DNA of 64,000 nt from Marsupella aquatica. Lineage: Eukaryota > Plantae > Marchantiophyta. Below are positions 14,547 through 27,722 of this stretch, piece by piece. Within the stretch, counting starts at the first letter, position 1, and each line of letters starts with the position of its first letter. The notes below the pieces were generated by a model that saw only the letters and a program-made list of their open reading frames with translations, did no database searches and had not been told where the DNA came from. The stretch spans positions 3,882,738 to 3,946,737 of the forward strand of contig OZ316896.1 of assembly GCA_973895155.1 (NCBI GenBank), read 5' to 3'. The position numbers and the translations under genes are program-made.

Positions 14547-15194
14547 GATTGTGTATCTCTAATCTGACAGACCCAATCTCACCGACCCGGAAAAAGTGAA
14601 CGGCTTAAAGCAGCTTTGACTGACGAGCTCACTGAACACACACCACCACTGCAATCCGATTGTGCAAGTAGTCAATGGCTGACACCTCGAGAATCTTCGT
14701 GGGACTACCGCTAAAGTAAGAGTTACTCCTGTGCGTAGAAGAAGAAAGGCCCGTGCGTCAACACCACTATTGTGAACCGTATAACTGCAGCTTGGATAAG
14801 TGCATTTAATGGAGTAGAGTAACCTCTAATTTTCCACGAAGTCTCTTTGGAAGCACACCAAAAAATGCATTTATCAATTATTGCAATGCTTTCACAAGAA
14901 ACATATGTTAATAAGTGCAGCAAACAACTACACAAAGTAGTTTTATGCAAAAACAGTCCAAAGTGCAAGATGAGGGGCTTGGCGCACAATTTTATGGAAA
15001 CTTATTGATGAATGCATGACAATTTATGTAGAGCAAGTAGTTCCTTCAACAAATAACTAATGATTGAAAGTTTTCAGTCCATGTTACAAAATTTCAGGTA
15101 ATGTTTATGACTGAGGGGTTCATTTCCACCAAAATGATTTATCATGTGCAACAAAGGATATGGTAGTTTTATTAGTTCTAAATGAAGACCTAAC

Positions 15195-15360
15195 TAAGGG
15201 TCTTTCAAATCCAATTTTGAGACTTCTATGAGAATGTTGAAATTTTCCAAGAAGATTCCAATTTTATATGTGTTCAAACATTTTTTTTTAATTTACATTT
15301 TAAGGGGTCTGAGGCTTAAAAACATTGCAGGTGATGGGGATGACTCCATATAGTGAGACC
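15195..15360 (-). repeat. Dispersed repeat matching the putative Helitron 5' end at 1780-1968
   Basis: Shared GGTCTTTnAAATCCAATTTTGAGACTT ... TTTACATTTTA ... GGTGATGGGG ... CATATAGTGAGACC. Confidence 0.65.
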
Positions 15361-17799
15361 CCAGGGTTCTGAACCTTGGCTAATTTTGTATAGTGCATAA
15401 CGTAGTAATATTCTAAGCATTTTGATGGTGTTCACATTTATTCAAAGTGGAAAACAACATGTAGTAGACGAGGTCATGCTAATCATGCAATAGTTTGAAA
15501 ATTAAATTAAATATTAACTTAGCTCAAACCTGATTATCCCTATTGTAGTTTGTTCAGTCAGCATGGCAAGCAAGGGTTCCAGGGATGATTTTGGTGAATA
15601 TTAACCAAGAAAAGGATTGCTAGTTGGAATTCAATCATGAGAGCTGCAACTTGGGCATGCAAGGTGAGGTGGCTTTAATAGACCTGCTGCCCATAGCTTC
15701 TTTTGCCTTCCCTCTGAGATTAATCTGGATTGTATATTGAGTACCAACAGCTGTATTGACTTTGTACAGGAACACGGGCCCATTCAGGTATCGTGTCTAT
15801 CAGTCCTACATGGCAAGCGGGATTGCGAGCAGTACGTGGGCCCAAGGAAATACTCTTGTGAAGTGCTTCCTTTGTTCAAACCCTAAACATTTCCAATCTT
15901 TGGTTCCTTCATTCAAGTGATTTGAATTTATTTCTTTCCATTTCAAAAGCTTGTTGGTACCAAATCTATCTTTAGTATATAATAACTCCATCTTTCCAGA
16001 GTAACATTGGCCACAACAGCAACAACAAGGGCATTAGCTCTAGTTTTGAGATCTATTATCGCACAATACATTCTTGTAACAGGGCATAATACACTTACAA
16101 GCCTAAGACATTTTTAATTTTACTAGTTTTGATTAAAGTAAAGGAGAAGTTTCATAATTCCCATATGGAAAATCCAGAGTGTGCATTCTTCTCCAAAAAG
16201 CAGAGCAAATGACAAAGCCATAAATCACAAAGGGTTTTAAGTCAGAACAAGAAGTGGTCTCCCTTGTGTGCTTAGAGAAAATTCAGGAAGGGCACTCAAT
16301 AATGTAGCACAGTCCTGTTCACAGGGCATTGTGTGCCAGAATGCCTCTAGAAGAGACAATTTTAGCTCCAGTTTTGAGGGGCTATTATTATTCATAATGC
16401 TCTGGTATCAGGACCTTAATACACTGTCTTAAAGGCCTAAGGGGTTTTAACTTTACTAATGTAAAGGGTTTTAATTTTACTAATGTTAGTAAACATAGAG
16501 GAGAATTCATAAATACCTAACACAAATCTTGACTGGGCATTCATCTCAATGATTGCCCTGAAAATTACAATTAGACCTGGACAGTGTGCTAATTTCTTGT
16601 CACTAGAACATTGAGGGAAATAGTAGTCCCTCAAAAGCTTTCATTTTTCAGGGTAAACGCAACTAAAATAAATACTTAATGCCCTAACTTAGTGATTTTC
16701 TCGTTGCATTTTTTGATGGGTTATTGGAGAAGAATTCCACATTCAAGATTTATATGAGTGCATAGTAGTAGTTGACTAAACAGGCATTTGCACCAATCAA
16801 AATCTACCACATTGAAAATTTATATAATCTGCCAAATCATAAATTTATATCTCATAATGGTGACCATACTGACATGAATTTATAAATTCTATGGCCATAG
16901 ATTTGCGGGATGAGCCGCACCATAACATAAATTTATATCTTGTTAAGGTAGTTGGTCTTCAATTTAGTTTCTGGTTCACTCATACCCTAACACATTAGCA
17001 CATTTCTCAAGGAATCTATCTTGTTAGAAACTAACCTAATGAATATAAGGTCTGCTAGGCTAATATGATTGCCATCCACAACTACATTATCTGCCGGATT
17101 AACGTAATATAAGAAGATCGACATCCCGATCGATGTTAATTGCGATGTTCAGCCGACGTGTGGAAAAGTCCCACACAACGACGTTTAAGTAGCGACGTTA
17201 CTAACGATGTAAACCCGGACGTTCTTAACGTTGCATTATACCACGTACTCAACGGAGCCTCCGACGATGTTCTCCAATTAATGTTGTATTAGACGACGTT
17301 ACCATCAACGCAAAATTGAACATTGATAACATGGCCTATTGACGTAGCTAGAAACGACGTTAGATATTGTTTAACCAAGTTTGATACATTGTACATTGCC
17401 ATGTAAGACACCACATTTAACGGGTACAACGTAGTTTAGTTGGTTAAGTGTGACGCTTGTTACGACGTTTGGTACGGTCTACACAGTAAATAACATGGTT
17501 ATCTGCTTCTGTATGCAGACATACATTGGGGAACGTACGTAGTCCATCATGATGTTTGGAACAGTTAAAAGTGTAACACAACAGGACGTATACACGATTA
17601 GGCACGGTAGTATACGTGATTAGGCACGATAGTACATGACTGGTTTGGGTTGTTGTTCTGGTTCAATATAGAATACATGCATTCATTATACACATTGTAA
17701 CCTGGAATGATATGCCACCACAAATGGGTGTTTTGAATAAAAATCCGAGATGTGACATACAAAATTAAACCTCCTAGCTAATGTTGTTGAGATTGCCTA

Positions 17800-20700
17800 T
17801 CACGTCCTGATTGTTCACCTCGCCAGCGCAGCTCGTACCTCTGGTCATCCTACTTTGAGGTACTACTATCTGGCTCCGGCGCAGCCTTGCTTCTTGTTGT
17901 TCTAGTGCTACGAGGTACCCTAGTGGAATGCCTCTCACCATTGCTCCTCCTCCTCTCTCTATCTCTCCGTCTTTCTCTATCTCCCTCCCTGTGTCTCTCC
18001 CTCCCTCGTCCTCCTTTAGGGAAAAGATCACGAGAAGTCCCACCATGCTGTCCGCATGGTACTAGGGCCTCCTCCTGGATACCCTCCTCAAGCGGGACGG
18101 TGTCAGCATCCTCATCCTCTGCAATGGGTCGTGCTACTAAACCCTCTGGTGCAGTCCAACCCACCTGTATACAAGACACGGTTTCAGTCTAGGTTGGCAC
18201 AAGATACGCTTTCACTCTACGTCTATGGAATGGTATTAATACAATGTAGCCAAGACATCACTACTTATTGGGAAGTCTTCGGGAGTCGAATCAAGCTTTG
18301 CCCATAGGGCTGTTGGGCCATATCGCTTGGAGTACAAGCGCTCCTGCTCACTTGGGTCGGCATCTCGGCCATACTTTTGCTTCTACAACAAAAGTCACAT
18401 TACGTCGTTTAAGAGGAGGTACTTTACACACCTCACTACTACGTTAAACCAATTGCGTCGTCCCAAACGATGTTATAGATTACTCGATGGCATTAACGTC
18501 GCAACGACGACGTTAGGGGTAGTGTAACGTCGTCTCATGAGACGTAAAGGGTGAAATATGACAAGTTTAGCGACATTCTATTCAGCAATGGCAACGTTAA
18601 TCTAAAAGAACGACGTTAATTATTGTTTCACACCGAAGCAACACCACAAGGCATTGATTTGAACGATTGCGTTGCAATGTGAAATGGAAGAGGATTTACA
18701 TAGGTTGCAAGAAATCCTCCCCATCCTCCCTGCCCCCAAAAATTCGTCACCTTCTTGCCACTTGCTTTTTGAACAGCAGTGGCCTTGTCTCCCATACGCA
18801 CTCGCTTTCCGACTAGGGTGTCTGGGGTTGCTTTGAGTTCACTGACAATCAATTTGAAGTCAGCTTTGCTCATGCCATCAGGTTTCTTATACTCCCCCGT
18901 CCTTATGCACCTGAGTTTGTGTCACCTGCTTATCAAACGACTAACACAACAAACACCACATGGTTCCACTAAAAATCATTTGTATCGTATGACGGGGATG
19001 TGGAGGGATGCTATATGGATTAATTTCCTACTAAGGATGAGTAGATTTGTTTCCGCTCCCAAAAATGTATTTTTTGATCAAGTCTACCAACTATACGTAC
19101 TCTGCTTTTGATCAAGTCCCGTGGACTACCTTGTTTCTACTCCTCCTGGCCCCTGGGCCCTCACTCTTACTATATCAAGTGAACCCCCCTGAGAACAGAT
19201 ACCCCCCGTGTACCCCTTCTTAATATTTTTGTTCACAAAAAAAATCCCCTTGTTAATGTAAAAATATTAACTTTTCCTATTAAATTTTATCCTTTTGTAA
19301 ATTATAATAGAGTTTTTCAAGGAATTCAAAACACCCTTGAATTTTTAGAATTACAAATATCATACTGAAATAGTTAAAACTTTATCTTTCATAGGGGACT
19401 TGTATGTTATGCTCGATGTTCAAGGTACATATTTTATATAGATAAACAAAATTAGGCCGAGAGAAAATTATAGTTCTTCCTATAGTTTACACATAGACCT
19501 GCAGTTTTGTCTTAGTGTTCGCAAAAGTGCCTCTGAACTTCTAGTTTCATTAGTACTATATATGTATAATCCAGGAATAATACTTCAAAGTCTGAACCAA
19601 CTATAACAAACATTGATGAGCGCTCGAGACCCCTCCCTCAATACACAAACACATCTGGCCTCATACATGGCTGTTTGATTCAAGGGAATTCAAAAGTAAT
19701 CTTGTCCGTCCATGTGAGATTAATCCATGGATCCCCATCAATCCCAGTTTCCCAACCAAGTTGGGCCCAAAGATCCTGGCCCAAAATTTACTCAACTCCC
19801 CACTTAACTCCTAAACATGCGGGTAAACATGTCTACCTTAACCCATTTGTTCCACCATAAGGGGACCAACGAAACCAAACTTGCCTTAAGACGATAATAA
19901 TTAAATATCTGATTTACTATATGGACACATGTGCAAATGAAGTGATGACATGTGTGTCAACCATATAGTGACGCATGTACTTGGCATTTTGGGTACCCTT
20001 GCATAATATGTGATATGTATTTGATTCTTGCCTTATTACTAATATTGTGGTGAATGTATATAGAGGGATGTTGCCTACTTTAAAAACTGTTATAAAAATT
20101 AGTTTGCATTACATTAAAAATACCCTTGCGTTGTTCGCACGTCCTCCCTGTATTAGTAACACTAAGGGCCCAGGGCTCCTGGCCTTTGGCAAAGTGCTGT
20201 CACCACTCTCCCACTCACAGGGTCGACCGAGCCATGTAAGTTTCTCTAAATACTCATACTAGGGGAAGAACACAATCGTGCAACCAAGAGAGGGAACAAC
20301 ACACAAGAAGTCATGAAAATCCGACCGAATCCATATCTATTAGTGGCCAAGGTAACACATTGCATGGGCAACCTGGTCTCCTACCGTCTACCCAACTCCT
20401 GCCTCACGGGACAATGAGCCCTCTCCACCTCAATACTCCGGATCAATTCCCTACTCTTGTTGAAGGCTAATCCTCACAAAAACAACACTAGACTGAGTTC
20501 CCCCTGCTCCTACTGGGGGCTGCTGGTTAAATACTGAAAACAACAATGCGTGAACACACAAGCCCTAGGGTGTGGCGGCGGCCATTGCCCTGGCTGGCCG
20601 CCATCCACTAGCGGCACCGCTAACCTAAAAGTTTTCTACACATGCGGCACACACATGCACCCCTAATCCTATTGCTACCTAAGTGAGGCCAACGGTGCCT

Positions 20701-22370
20701 TCGTCGGCCATCACATCACCTAAACAAAACTAAACTAAGTCCTATATGAGTAGGCCATGGCCTACCTCCCTACTACGTGGCGGCCAACGCCTCCCACTAC
20801 TCTGGCCATGGAAATAGTCGAAAGTAGAAGTTGATCGAAATCTGGTCCTGAGAAATTTCATGAGTAGCCACGGCCATCCTGATCGTAACCCCGAAAACGG
20901 CTCCCAAAACGGATATCAGACGCCCGAGATATGGCCTACCGAGTCTCAAATCCTACCACGGCCAGCGTCACGTCCAAATCGTCCGTACGGTCCCGGCCCC
21001 CCCATCACGACATCAAATTGAGGTACCCTGGCGATGGCCACATGCCCTCCTGAAGTCCGTACGGACGTCCGTATGGCACCGAACCCTCATTCTTCACAAA
21101 AACGCTCCAGTCTGTATCTATCTCATTTTAACTCCGTTTGAGGTGTGTCTTACATCGTTAGATTCAGCTCGACGAGCTCCTTCCAATAAGCCCATGAGTT
21201 CTTGATTCTGAGAAGATTGAAAAATTCAACTTTTGTGTGACCAAGGTCCGTACGGCTGCTATACTAACCGTCATCTGACTGCTTGCTTGTAGTAAGATCC
21301 TCATCTATGGATTTGCCACTGGAACCCTCACTGTCCTCCTGGCCGGGGTCTCATTGGGCTTGCCCTCCGGTGGCCGGGGCCCCTCCCCTCAGGCCGCCTT
21401 ACTGTTGGCCAACACCCTCCTTGGCCGGCTTGCTGCCTTGCAGGCCACATGCCACCCAGGTCGGCTTCTTCCTCCCAGGCCAGTTCCTGCTGCCAGCTCA
21501 GGCCGGCTTGTTGTTTGGCCGGCACTCTATGGGTTGGCCGGCACCCAAAAGTGACGCTTGGCCACTCTCGCCTTTTGACCCGGCCCCCATTACGTTAATA
21601 TATACTAGGGTCGCTTAAAAATAAAAAGATAGGAATTCCCCAACGCCTACATGGAAGGGCATTAGGGTACATGCCTTGTCTTGCCCCGGCCAGTGGCCAA
21701 CCCCCCTTTATCCTGAGGCTTGGCCGACAACTAAAATTAAGAGGACATAAAAACCATCAACACTCACCTCATCTTATTGTACGTAAACTATCTTCGGCGA
21801 GGTTGTAAGACAACAAAAGCAAAAAAAAATTGACACAAATCTATTTATTTACATGTGCGCGTCACTACTACCCTTTAAAATCATTCCTTGGGACCATTGG
21901 CCCCGTCACAGTTTGCACACCTTTGCTCTCCACCTGAACCGTCGATCAGCGAGGTGATTCACAATCTTCTTCTTGATGTGGCGGTAGTCAATCTCTCGCA
22001 CATTTCTGAATCCAGCCTGCACATCATTCAGGAGCACCTGGAACTTCTTTTTGTTATGTACCAGCTCCTTCCAAGTCGTCCAACCGGGGCAGTGTTCAGT
22101 TACACAGGTTTGCACTCTGTTTGTGAGTGCTTTCGCATCCAGAACGTCCGGCCTTGCATCAAAAGCAACAAGGGTGATGGTGGGGAGGTGCTCCTTGCTA
22201 GTAGGAGCTTGTTGAGGATGTGATCGCCGCTCTGAATGTGAGTGCTCCTTTCTCCTCTCTGCTCCATGATGTCGATCTCCCCTGCGTCTCTTTGACCTTG
22301 ATGTCTCTACATTGTGCTCATTGGTTCCTTTCCCGTTTCTCCTTCTTCTTTCAGTGCCACTATTTGACAA
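17800..22370 (-). pseudogene. TnpA/Ptta-like CACTA accessory protein, spliced and degenerate (exons ~21921-22370, ~18700-18925, ~18270-18385, ~17800-18165)
   Basis: ...TTWKELVHNKKKFQVLLNDVQAGF...IKKKIVNHLADRRFRWRAK|GT followed by YKKPDGMSKADFKLIV...NFWGQGGWGGFL resembles the plant Ptta/En-Spm pattern. Frame joins are imperfect. Confidence 0.45.
20150..21600. mobile_element. GGCC-rich segment, probable LTR-retrotransposon LTR/UTR remnant inside the CACTA-like block
   Basis: Contains CTCATTTTAACTCCGTTTGAGG...CGTTAGATTCAGCTCGACGAGCTCCTTCCAA and AAACGGATATCAGACG motifs, which I recognise as typical of plant gypsy LTR/UTR regions. No TSD or coding domain found. Confidence 0.3.
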
Positions 22371-22498
22371 AGACCAAGATCACCTCCTCCTCCTATGTGC
22401 TTGACGGTATCGTGAGGATTCTTTTTTTAGTTAGATCCTCATAAGTATAGCTTATTAGTATAGGATAGTAGTTTGATTTCTTGCATAATATGCATGTG

Positions 22499-22756
22499 TA
22501 CAGTGTGCATGCTACAGTGTACGATATACAACGTACATGCTACAGTGTACGGTCTACAATGTGCATGCTACAGTATATGGTCTATATAGTGTGCATGCTA
22601 CAGTGCACAGCTTACAGTGTGCATACTACAGTGTACGATCTACAATATGCATACTATAGTGTACGATCTACAGTGTGCATGCTACAGTGTATGATCTACA
22701 GTATGCATATTACAGTATACGATCTACAATGTGCATGCTATAGTGTACTGCCTACA
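22499..22756 (+). repeat. 14-bp minisatellite with 28-bp higher-order dimer, ~18 units
   Basis: Alternating TACAGTGTGCATGC / TACAGTGTACGATC units. Confidence 0.9.
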
Positions 22757-22973
22757 GTTGCTCCACTCACATAACTACAGTACTAGCACACTTACTTGCC
22801 TTGGATGTGTGACACATGGCTTCCATCCGTGTGCCATGCTTGATCCGTGTGCTCGAGGTGTGAGCACCATAAAGAAAGAGGAGAGGGGCTCTCTCCCCTC
22901 ACTTCCCATTTTTTATCAACTAAGTTGTGAAGTCTTAAGAATCCATTGGACTTGATAACCTCTTCTATGAATA

Positions 22974-23252
22974 TAACCCTTATGAAGTTGACCCACTCAT
23001 GCACGCTTGCTTAGAGCTTCGGCTCGGCCAGGGATATTTTGTATGAGTTGGATCTTCAGAAAGTGTTATCATTTGATAAGAGATGGTTATTAAGTCCTAA
23101 AGAGTTGGAAAGTGCTCAACAATACCTTGACATTATATGCTCCTTTTGGGTGAAACCCTTATGAAGTAGACCCACGCATGCACGTTGGCTTGGAGCTTAA
23201 CTCAGTTAGTGGTAATTTGTATGCGTTGGACCTTCAGATAGTATTTTCATTC
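22974..23252 (+). repeat. Diverged tandem duplication with ~180-bp period
   Basis: AACCCTTATGAAGTnGACCCAC...GTTGGAnCTTCAGA occurs at ~22975 and ~23154. Confidence 0.75.
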
Positions 23253-23869
23253 AAAAGAAGATAAACCTATTATTTAAGATAAACACCTGCATGTATATAC
23301 TTAGAGTTAACTCAATGCATAGTATTTGTTTGAATGAATGATATTTTTCGTTGAATGATTCTATATCTTAGAATGAATATTAGTTGGATGGAATATTTGA
23401 TAGTACGATAATGCCCAGACTAGTATCTGTTCTTCCTCTCCCTAATCCTTTCCTTATTAGAATTCATGTACTCCAAAAAGAGATAATGCGTCAGCATATG
23501 ACTTTTCATTTTGGAGAAGCATTTGCAACTGCAATGTTAAATTCAATAGAGCCACTTGTATACCCTTATGTAGTTTACGGGTTGGATTGGGCTTGCACGA
23601 TTTTTATCTTGTATTGAGATGGATCTCAACAAACCTCCCTCCGATGAACCTCCTATTTCTTTCTCGTTGGGAGATATTCGTTTTGTAACTCGACCCAAGG
23701 TAGCTGCCAAGGAGGCAATAGTTCGTAAGTATGGAGAAAAAGGGTTATGCTGTTGTGCTTTCATCCATAGAACCATTCCTTGTGGTGTCTGCTACCCAGT
23801 CTAGGATAGTAATCATGATCTTAACTTAATTTCTCTCTTGACACTAGCAGCCATAGACCCAATGCTTCC

Positions 23870-24430
23870 TCAAGAACCACATTTTCCCCCCAGACAACGG
23901 TCCCCCCTCTCATCATCTGCCCTGTATCTCTCATGTGCGATCCTCACTTGACTCTTGATAGGGGTTCGAGCAGTTGCCTGAGAATCTAGCTGGATCTCAC
24001 AAAAGCTAGGATCATCCCAACCATCGTCTGCTAGTGTTGGGAATGTAGGCAGCAGATCAATCGATGCCCCATCAAGCTCTCCAACAAAATCTGGCGCTTC
24101 AACCTCGGCCATCTCCTCTTGGTCAGGAGCATTGGCCTCAATACTCTCCGGGTACTCTATAAACCTGGACTCCTTTGTTCCCTGTCCTCCCATGAATTGC
24201 CAGCTATGGTTGAAGGCCTGAACTAGTGAATGTGTCAAACGTAGTGCTGTATGCACCTTCTCCATCTCCTCTAGATCCTCCATGGCCACCTTCACTACAT
24301 CAAAGTTCACACTGCATGGAAGGTAGCCTGGATGAGAAATGGCGGATGATTCTGTGAGGTAGAGGAGACCAAGAGAGGTGAGGGTTAGAGGTGCATTGGG
24401 GAATGTCGAATGTGACTCGCATTCGAACAT
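23870..24430 (-). CDS. Hypothetical acidic 186-aa ORF inside the CACTA-like block
   Basis: ATG-started open frame with protein-like composition; no recognisable family. Confidence 0.3.
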   Translation of the reverse strand: MFECESHSTFPNAPLTLTSLGLLYLTESSAISHPGYLPCSVNFDVVKVAMEDLEEMEKVHTALRLTHSLVQAFNHSWQFMGGQGTKESRFIEYPESIEANAPDQEEMAEVEAPDFVGELDGASIDLLPTFPTLADDGWDDPSFCEIQLDSQATARTPIKSQVRIAHERYRADDERGDRCLGGKCGS

Positions 24431-24793
24431 GACCCCGATGTTTTTTGAAGGAAATGACCGGGGAAATGCTTAACCTCGCGGGCTCACCATTTCTTGCAAT
24501 TTACGTTGTTTTAACGTCTCTTTAACGTTGTTTTAACATCCCATTCACGTCGCTTCCAAACAACATTTCCTATGAACACCTTGTCCTAAACGACGTTAAG
24601 TTTAGGAACGTCATGCTGTAAGAGGTAACTGACATCGGACGGGGTTTAAGCGGGACGTTAAATGTTAGGGTTTCTACAAAAAATGATGTTAATACTAATA
24701 TTAGGTTGTAATTTGTAGGGTTTTGGGGATGGGTTTTTGTGAGGGGTTTTGTATAGGTTTTTCTCATATGATAGATGGTTTTATTGGTTGCAG

Positions 24794-25774
24794 GACATGG
24801 TGATCTATGACTCTCTGTCCAATGACACAGATGATGGGGATACAATTGTTGGTCATAGATACCGGCATCATGATAGGGGTAGGGATTATTCTCCTGATAG
24901 GAGGAGGGACTATTCCTCAGAAAGGAGGAGGGACTACTCTCCGGAGAGGAGGGACTACTTGCCTGAGAGGAGGTCGAGACAACGTAGATCCCGACGTCAT
25001 CGCCATCGACGGAGGGAGGAGGATAGGAGAGATAGGAGCCCCCATCGGCCATATGACGTTCATCGTCATCCAGAGCCCCATGGTCACAACTCACCTTCAT
25101 CTTTGGACGAGGGGTTTGGAGAGGCCATGGCTGCTCTTCATGGGATTGGACCAGTCCGGAAGATGCCTTGCCCTTGTAGACGATGCAAGGGTGTTGTATC
25201 GATCTCACGAGAGGACTACTGTCGTTAGCCATTTAGGGATGCATGGTCGTCATGTACCACCAATACCCGAGGTGAGTTTCCTTCTTATTGCAAAACCATT
25301 TTGCTTAACTTTAACTATCACAAGGTTGGAGTACTTTGCCTTCAATCATGAATGCTCAAGTTTGCTGGCATGCTGAGATTTTCTTGCTTACATGTGGAAC
25401 AGATTCTGGTTGTGCCGTCACCTCCTAAGGACAGCATGAGAGAGGTTGCATGTCAAGCTCTGACTGCACTGGTGCCCCCATCAGCTCTAGATGCCACTTT
25501 GAGGGCAATAGACCATGTTTTTGATAGGAGGAGGGTTTCACAGGTGCACCCTATTGAGAGGGGAGTCGTGGTCAATACCAGACCACGGTCTTTGGAGTCT
25601 CGTCCGCCTAGGGCGAGGCCACCACATTGTCCTTTTCTTGATGCATCTATTGCTCGGGCACCGAGAGAGTTGCATGGGAGAGCCTTGGACATTGTAAAGG
25701 AAATTGTTGTGAACGCACTAGCAGGATGTTTGGGATGTTGTCAATACACACGGCAAAATACATTTTGTCAATAG
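24794..25774 (+). pseudogene. CACTA transposase-associated-domain gene fragment (RS/RD-rich N-terminus, Zn-binding CPC motif)
   Basis: KMPCPCRRCKG followed, after a frameshift, by TTVVSHLGMHG, matching the CPC-xx-C...HL...G pattern of the Transpos_assoc domain. Splice-like sites TTGCAG (~24793), GAG|GTGAGT (~25272), GAACAG (~25402). Confidence 0.55.
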
Positions 25775-26682
25775 TTGACAACTTTAATGTAATGTAAGTT
25801 GGAATATAAGGTCTGCTAGGCTAATATGATTGCCAGCGCACTAGTTGGATGTTGTCTTAATGTAATGTTAAGGTTGGTCACTCTCAGTAGGGTCTCCCAT
25901 GTAGGGTCCACTATATATCCCATCAAGGCATACCTCCGGCCCTTAACAATATATATGATGTTGAGCATACGGACATAAATTTATAAATTTGTTTGGCCAT
26001 AAATTTATGGGATGAGCACATAATGTGTCTCACATGTGATATTCCTAGTGTGAGCATTGCTGGCCTGTTTAATATGACGGTCGGTAGTCTTGTTTCTGGT
26101 GTTATGCGAGTCAACGTTTGGTGGACCTTAATCCACACAAAATGGTCACCTTTACCACATACATAAAGGGCAGCACCTATGAGGCCGGGGTAGCACATGG
26201 CAGCTCGTGGGTTGTGTTTTGGGAATCACCAAGAGCCAGGCCCCGGATTGCACGTCGAGCAAACTGACTATTATAGTGCTACATTCCTGCAGTGGAGCCC
26301 CACCGCGGATAAGCTTTGCTTTCCGCTCTTCTCGAGCTTCTCACTCCACCATAACAAAGCAGTATCCATGCCTTGTGAGGCAAGCTCTTCCCGGGTTTTC
26401 TGAATACTCCTTGGATTGTATCCATCAGAGCCGCAGCTCAACATTCTGTTCGGGAAAGCACACCCAATTTGCTGCTGACTCTCGCTCAAGGCGAAGGACG
26501 GACAGGCGGACAGCATCTATATACAGCTAAAGCCTACATAATAATTATCTGGAGATTCCTTTTCTACCTTTGAAGGACAGAAACACACGGAAAGTACAGG
26601 TCCCGTAAAAGTGAGTACGGTTGTAGACTCAACTGGATCGTGGGTCAACGGATCTGAGTGCCGAAAAGAGTGATTTCGGAGC

Positions 26683-26690
26683 GAATATGC
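26683..26690. promoter_or_regulatory. P1BS (PHR1-binding site, GNATATNC)
   Basis: GAATATGC ~1.9 kb upstream of the PHT1 ATG. Confidence 0.5.
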
Positions 26691-27589
26691 AGTCATATGT
26701 GATCATAGATTCTGATTTGATGCCCACAGAATACCCGGCGTTATCCTGTCTTGATGTTGCGTTTTTAAAGGGTGGGGAGTGGGGACAGCTTTCGGTGGTA
26801 GCTTGGTGAAGGGTGTACCTATTTTATTTCCCAAGTGAAAAGCTGGGCATGGCCCAGGTCACCAAGAATTGGCTAACCGGTAGCTCGATCCGTGATTGAG
26901 AGCTTGATGTCTGAATATGATTGGTTTCCACTATTATACTGCCGCCTTTGGCCCACTGTGCAAATGTAAACCCGAACGCTCGTTTCAAGTTGATTGATCA
27001 CGAATAAAACTAAGATTGAAGCGAATGTCGGATAAGATTTAGGGGAACCGACATCTTATCAGGATGATGTGGAATGGCGAACTCCACTGAACATGACGTA
27101 GCTTCGTTGGGAACGTAAACTGAGATTTCGATTCCAATTTCGCAAGGATCTGTACTCAGAAAGACGAAATGTGACAGGTACAAGCAAGTACTCACTCAAT
27201 CCAAACTTTTAAACCGAATTCTTTGGAAAAGCCGAAGAAAGTTAGAAGGGCTTGTTGATTGCACTGTTCAGACGAATGATGGACTGTCATGTGATCCCAC
27301 CGAACACGCGAGTAATACACAGTGCATACTATGGGTAGAACTGAATAGTTACATAGTCGAGAAGCAAAAATTGCAGGCGACAAAATACGATTGACTAAAA
27401 ACGGCGGATATGAACGTTTAGTGTTAGCACACGCGCAGGGCGCATCATTCGTATAAACTAGAAAGGCACGCCACCTGAAGCTATCCAGGATCACTATTCA
27501 CTACAGACTGGAAACGGAAAGTGGCTCACAAGTGGCCGTTCAGAACATTGGAAACACACTTGGCGAACAGCGGACGAAACCACAAAACA

Positions 27590-27597
27590 GCATATTC
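27590..27597. promoter_or_regulatory. P1BS
   Basis: GCATATTC upstream of PHT1. Confidence 0.7.
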
Positions 27598-27714
27598 ACC
27601 GTCAAATCGCCGAAAAGGCAACCGAGAGAAACAAACTCGCTTTCCCTGCGCAAATCCGATCTAAAATAAGATGGGAAATTCCGTGTTGGGAGGAGACCGC
27701 TTAGTACATTCCTC

Positions 27715-27722
27715 GGATATCC
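27715..27722. promoter_or_regulatory. P1BS
   Basis: GGATATCC upstream of PHT1. Confidence 0.7.

Larger units (their letters stand above)
17075..25801. mobile_element. Degenerate CACTA/En-Spm-like block with no intact Tnp2 DDE domain visible
   Basis: Contains TnpA/Ptta-like exons on the minus strand and a CPC-xx-C...H transposase-associated motif on the plus strand. Has clusters of AACGACGTT-type short repeats. Left edge CACAACTACA resembles a decayed CACTACTACA. Right terminus not identified. Confidence 0.55.

Noticed and set aside
18434-21873. CACTACTAC (18434, 21863) and GTAGTG (~18520) as CACTA termini
   Set aside because: No matching TIR pair with a 3-bp TSD; they lie inside predicted introns.
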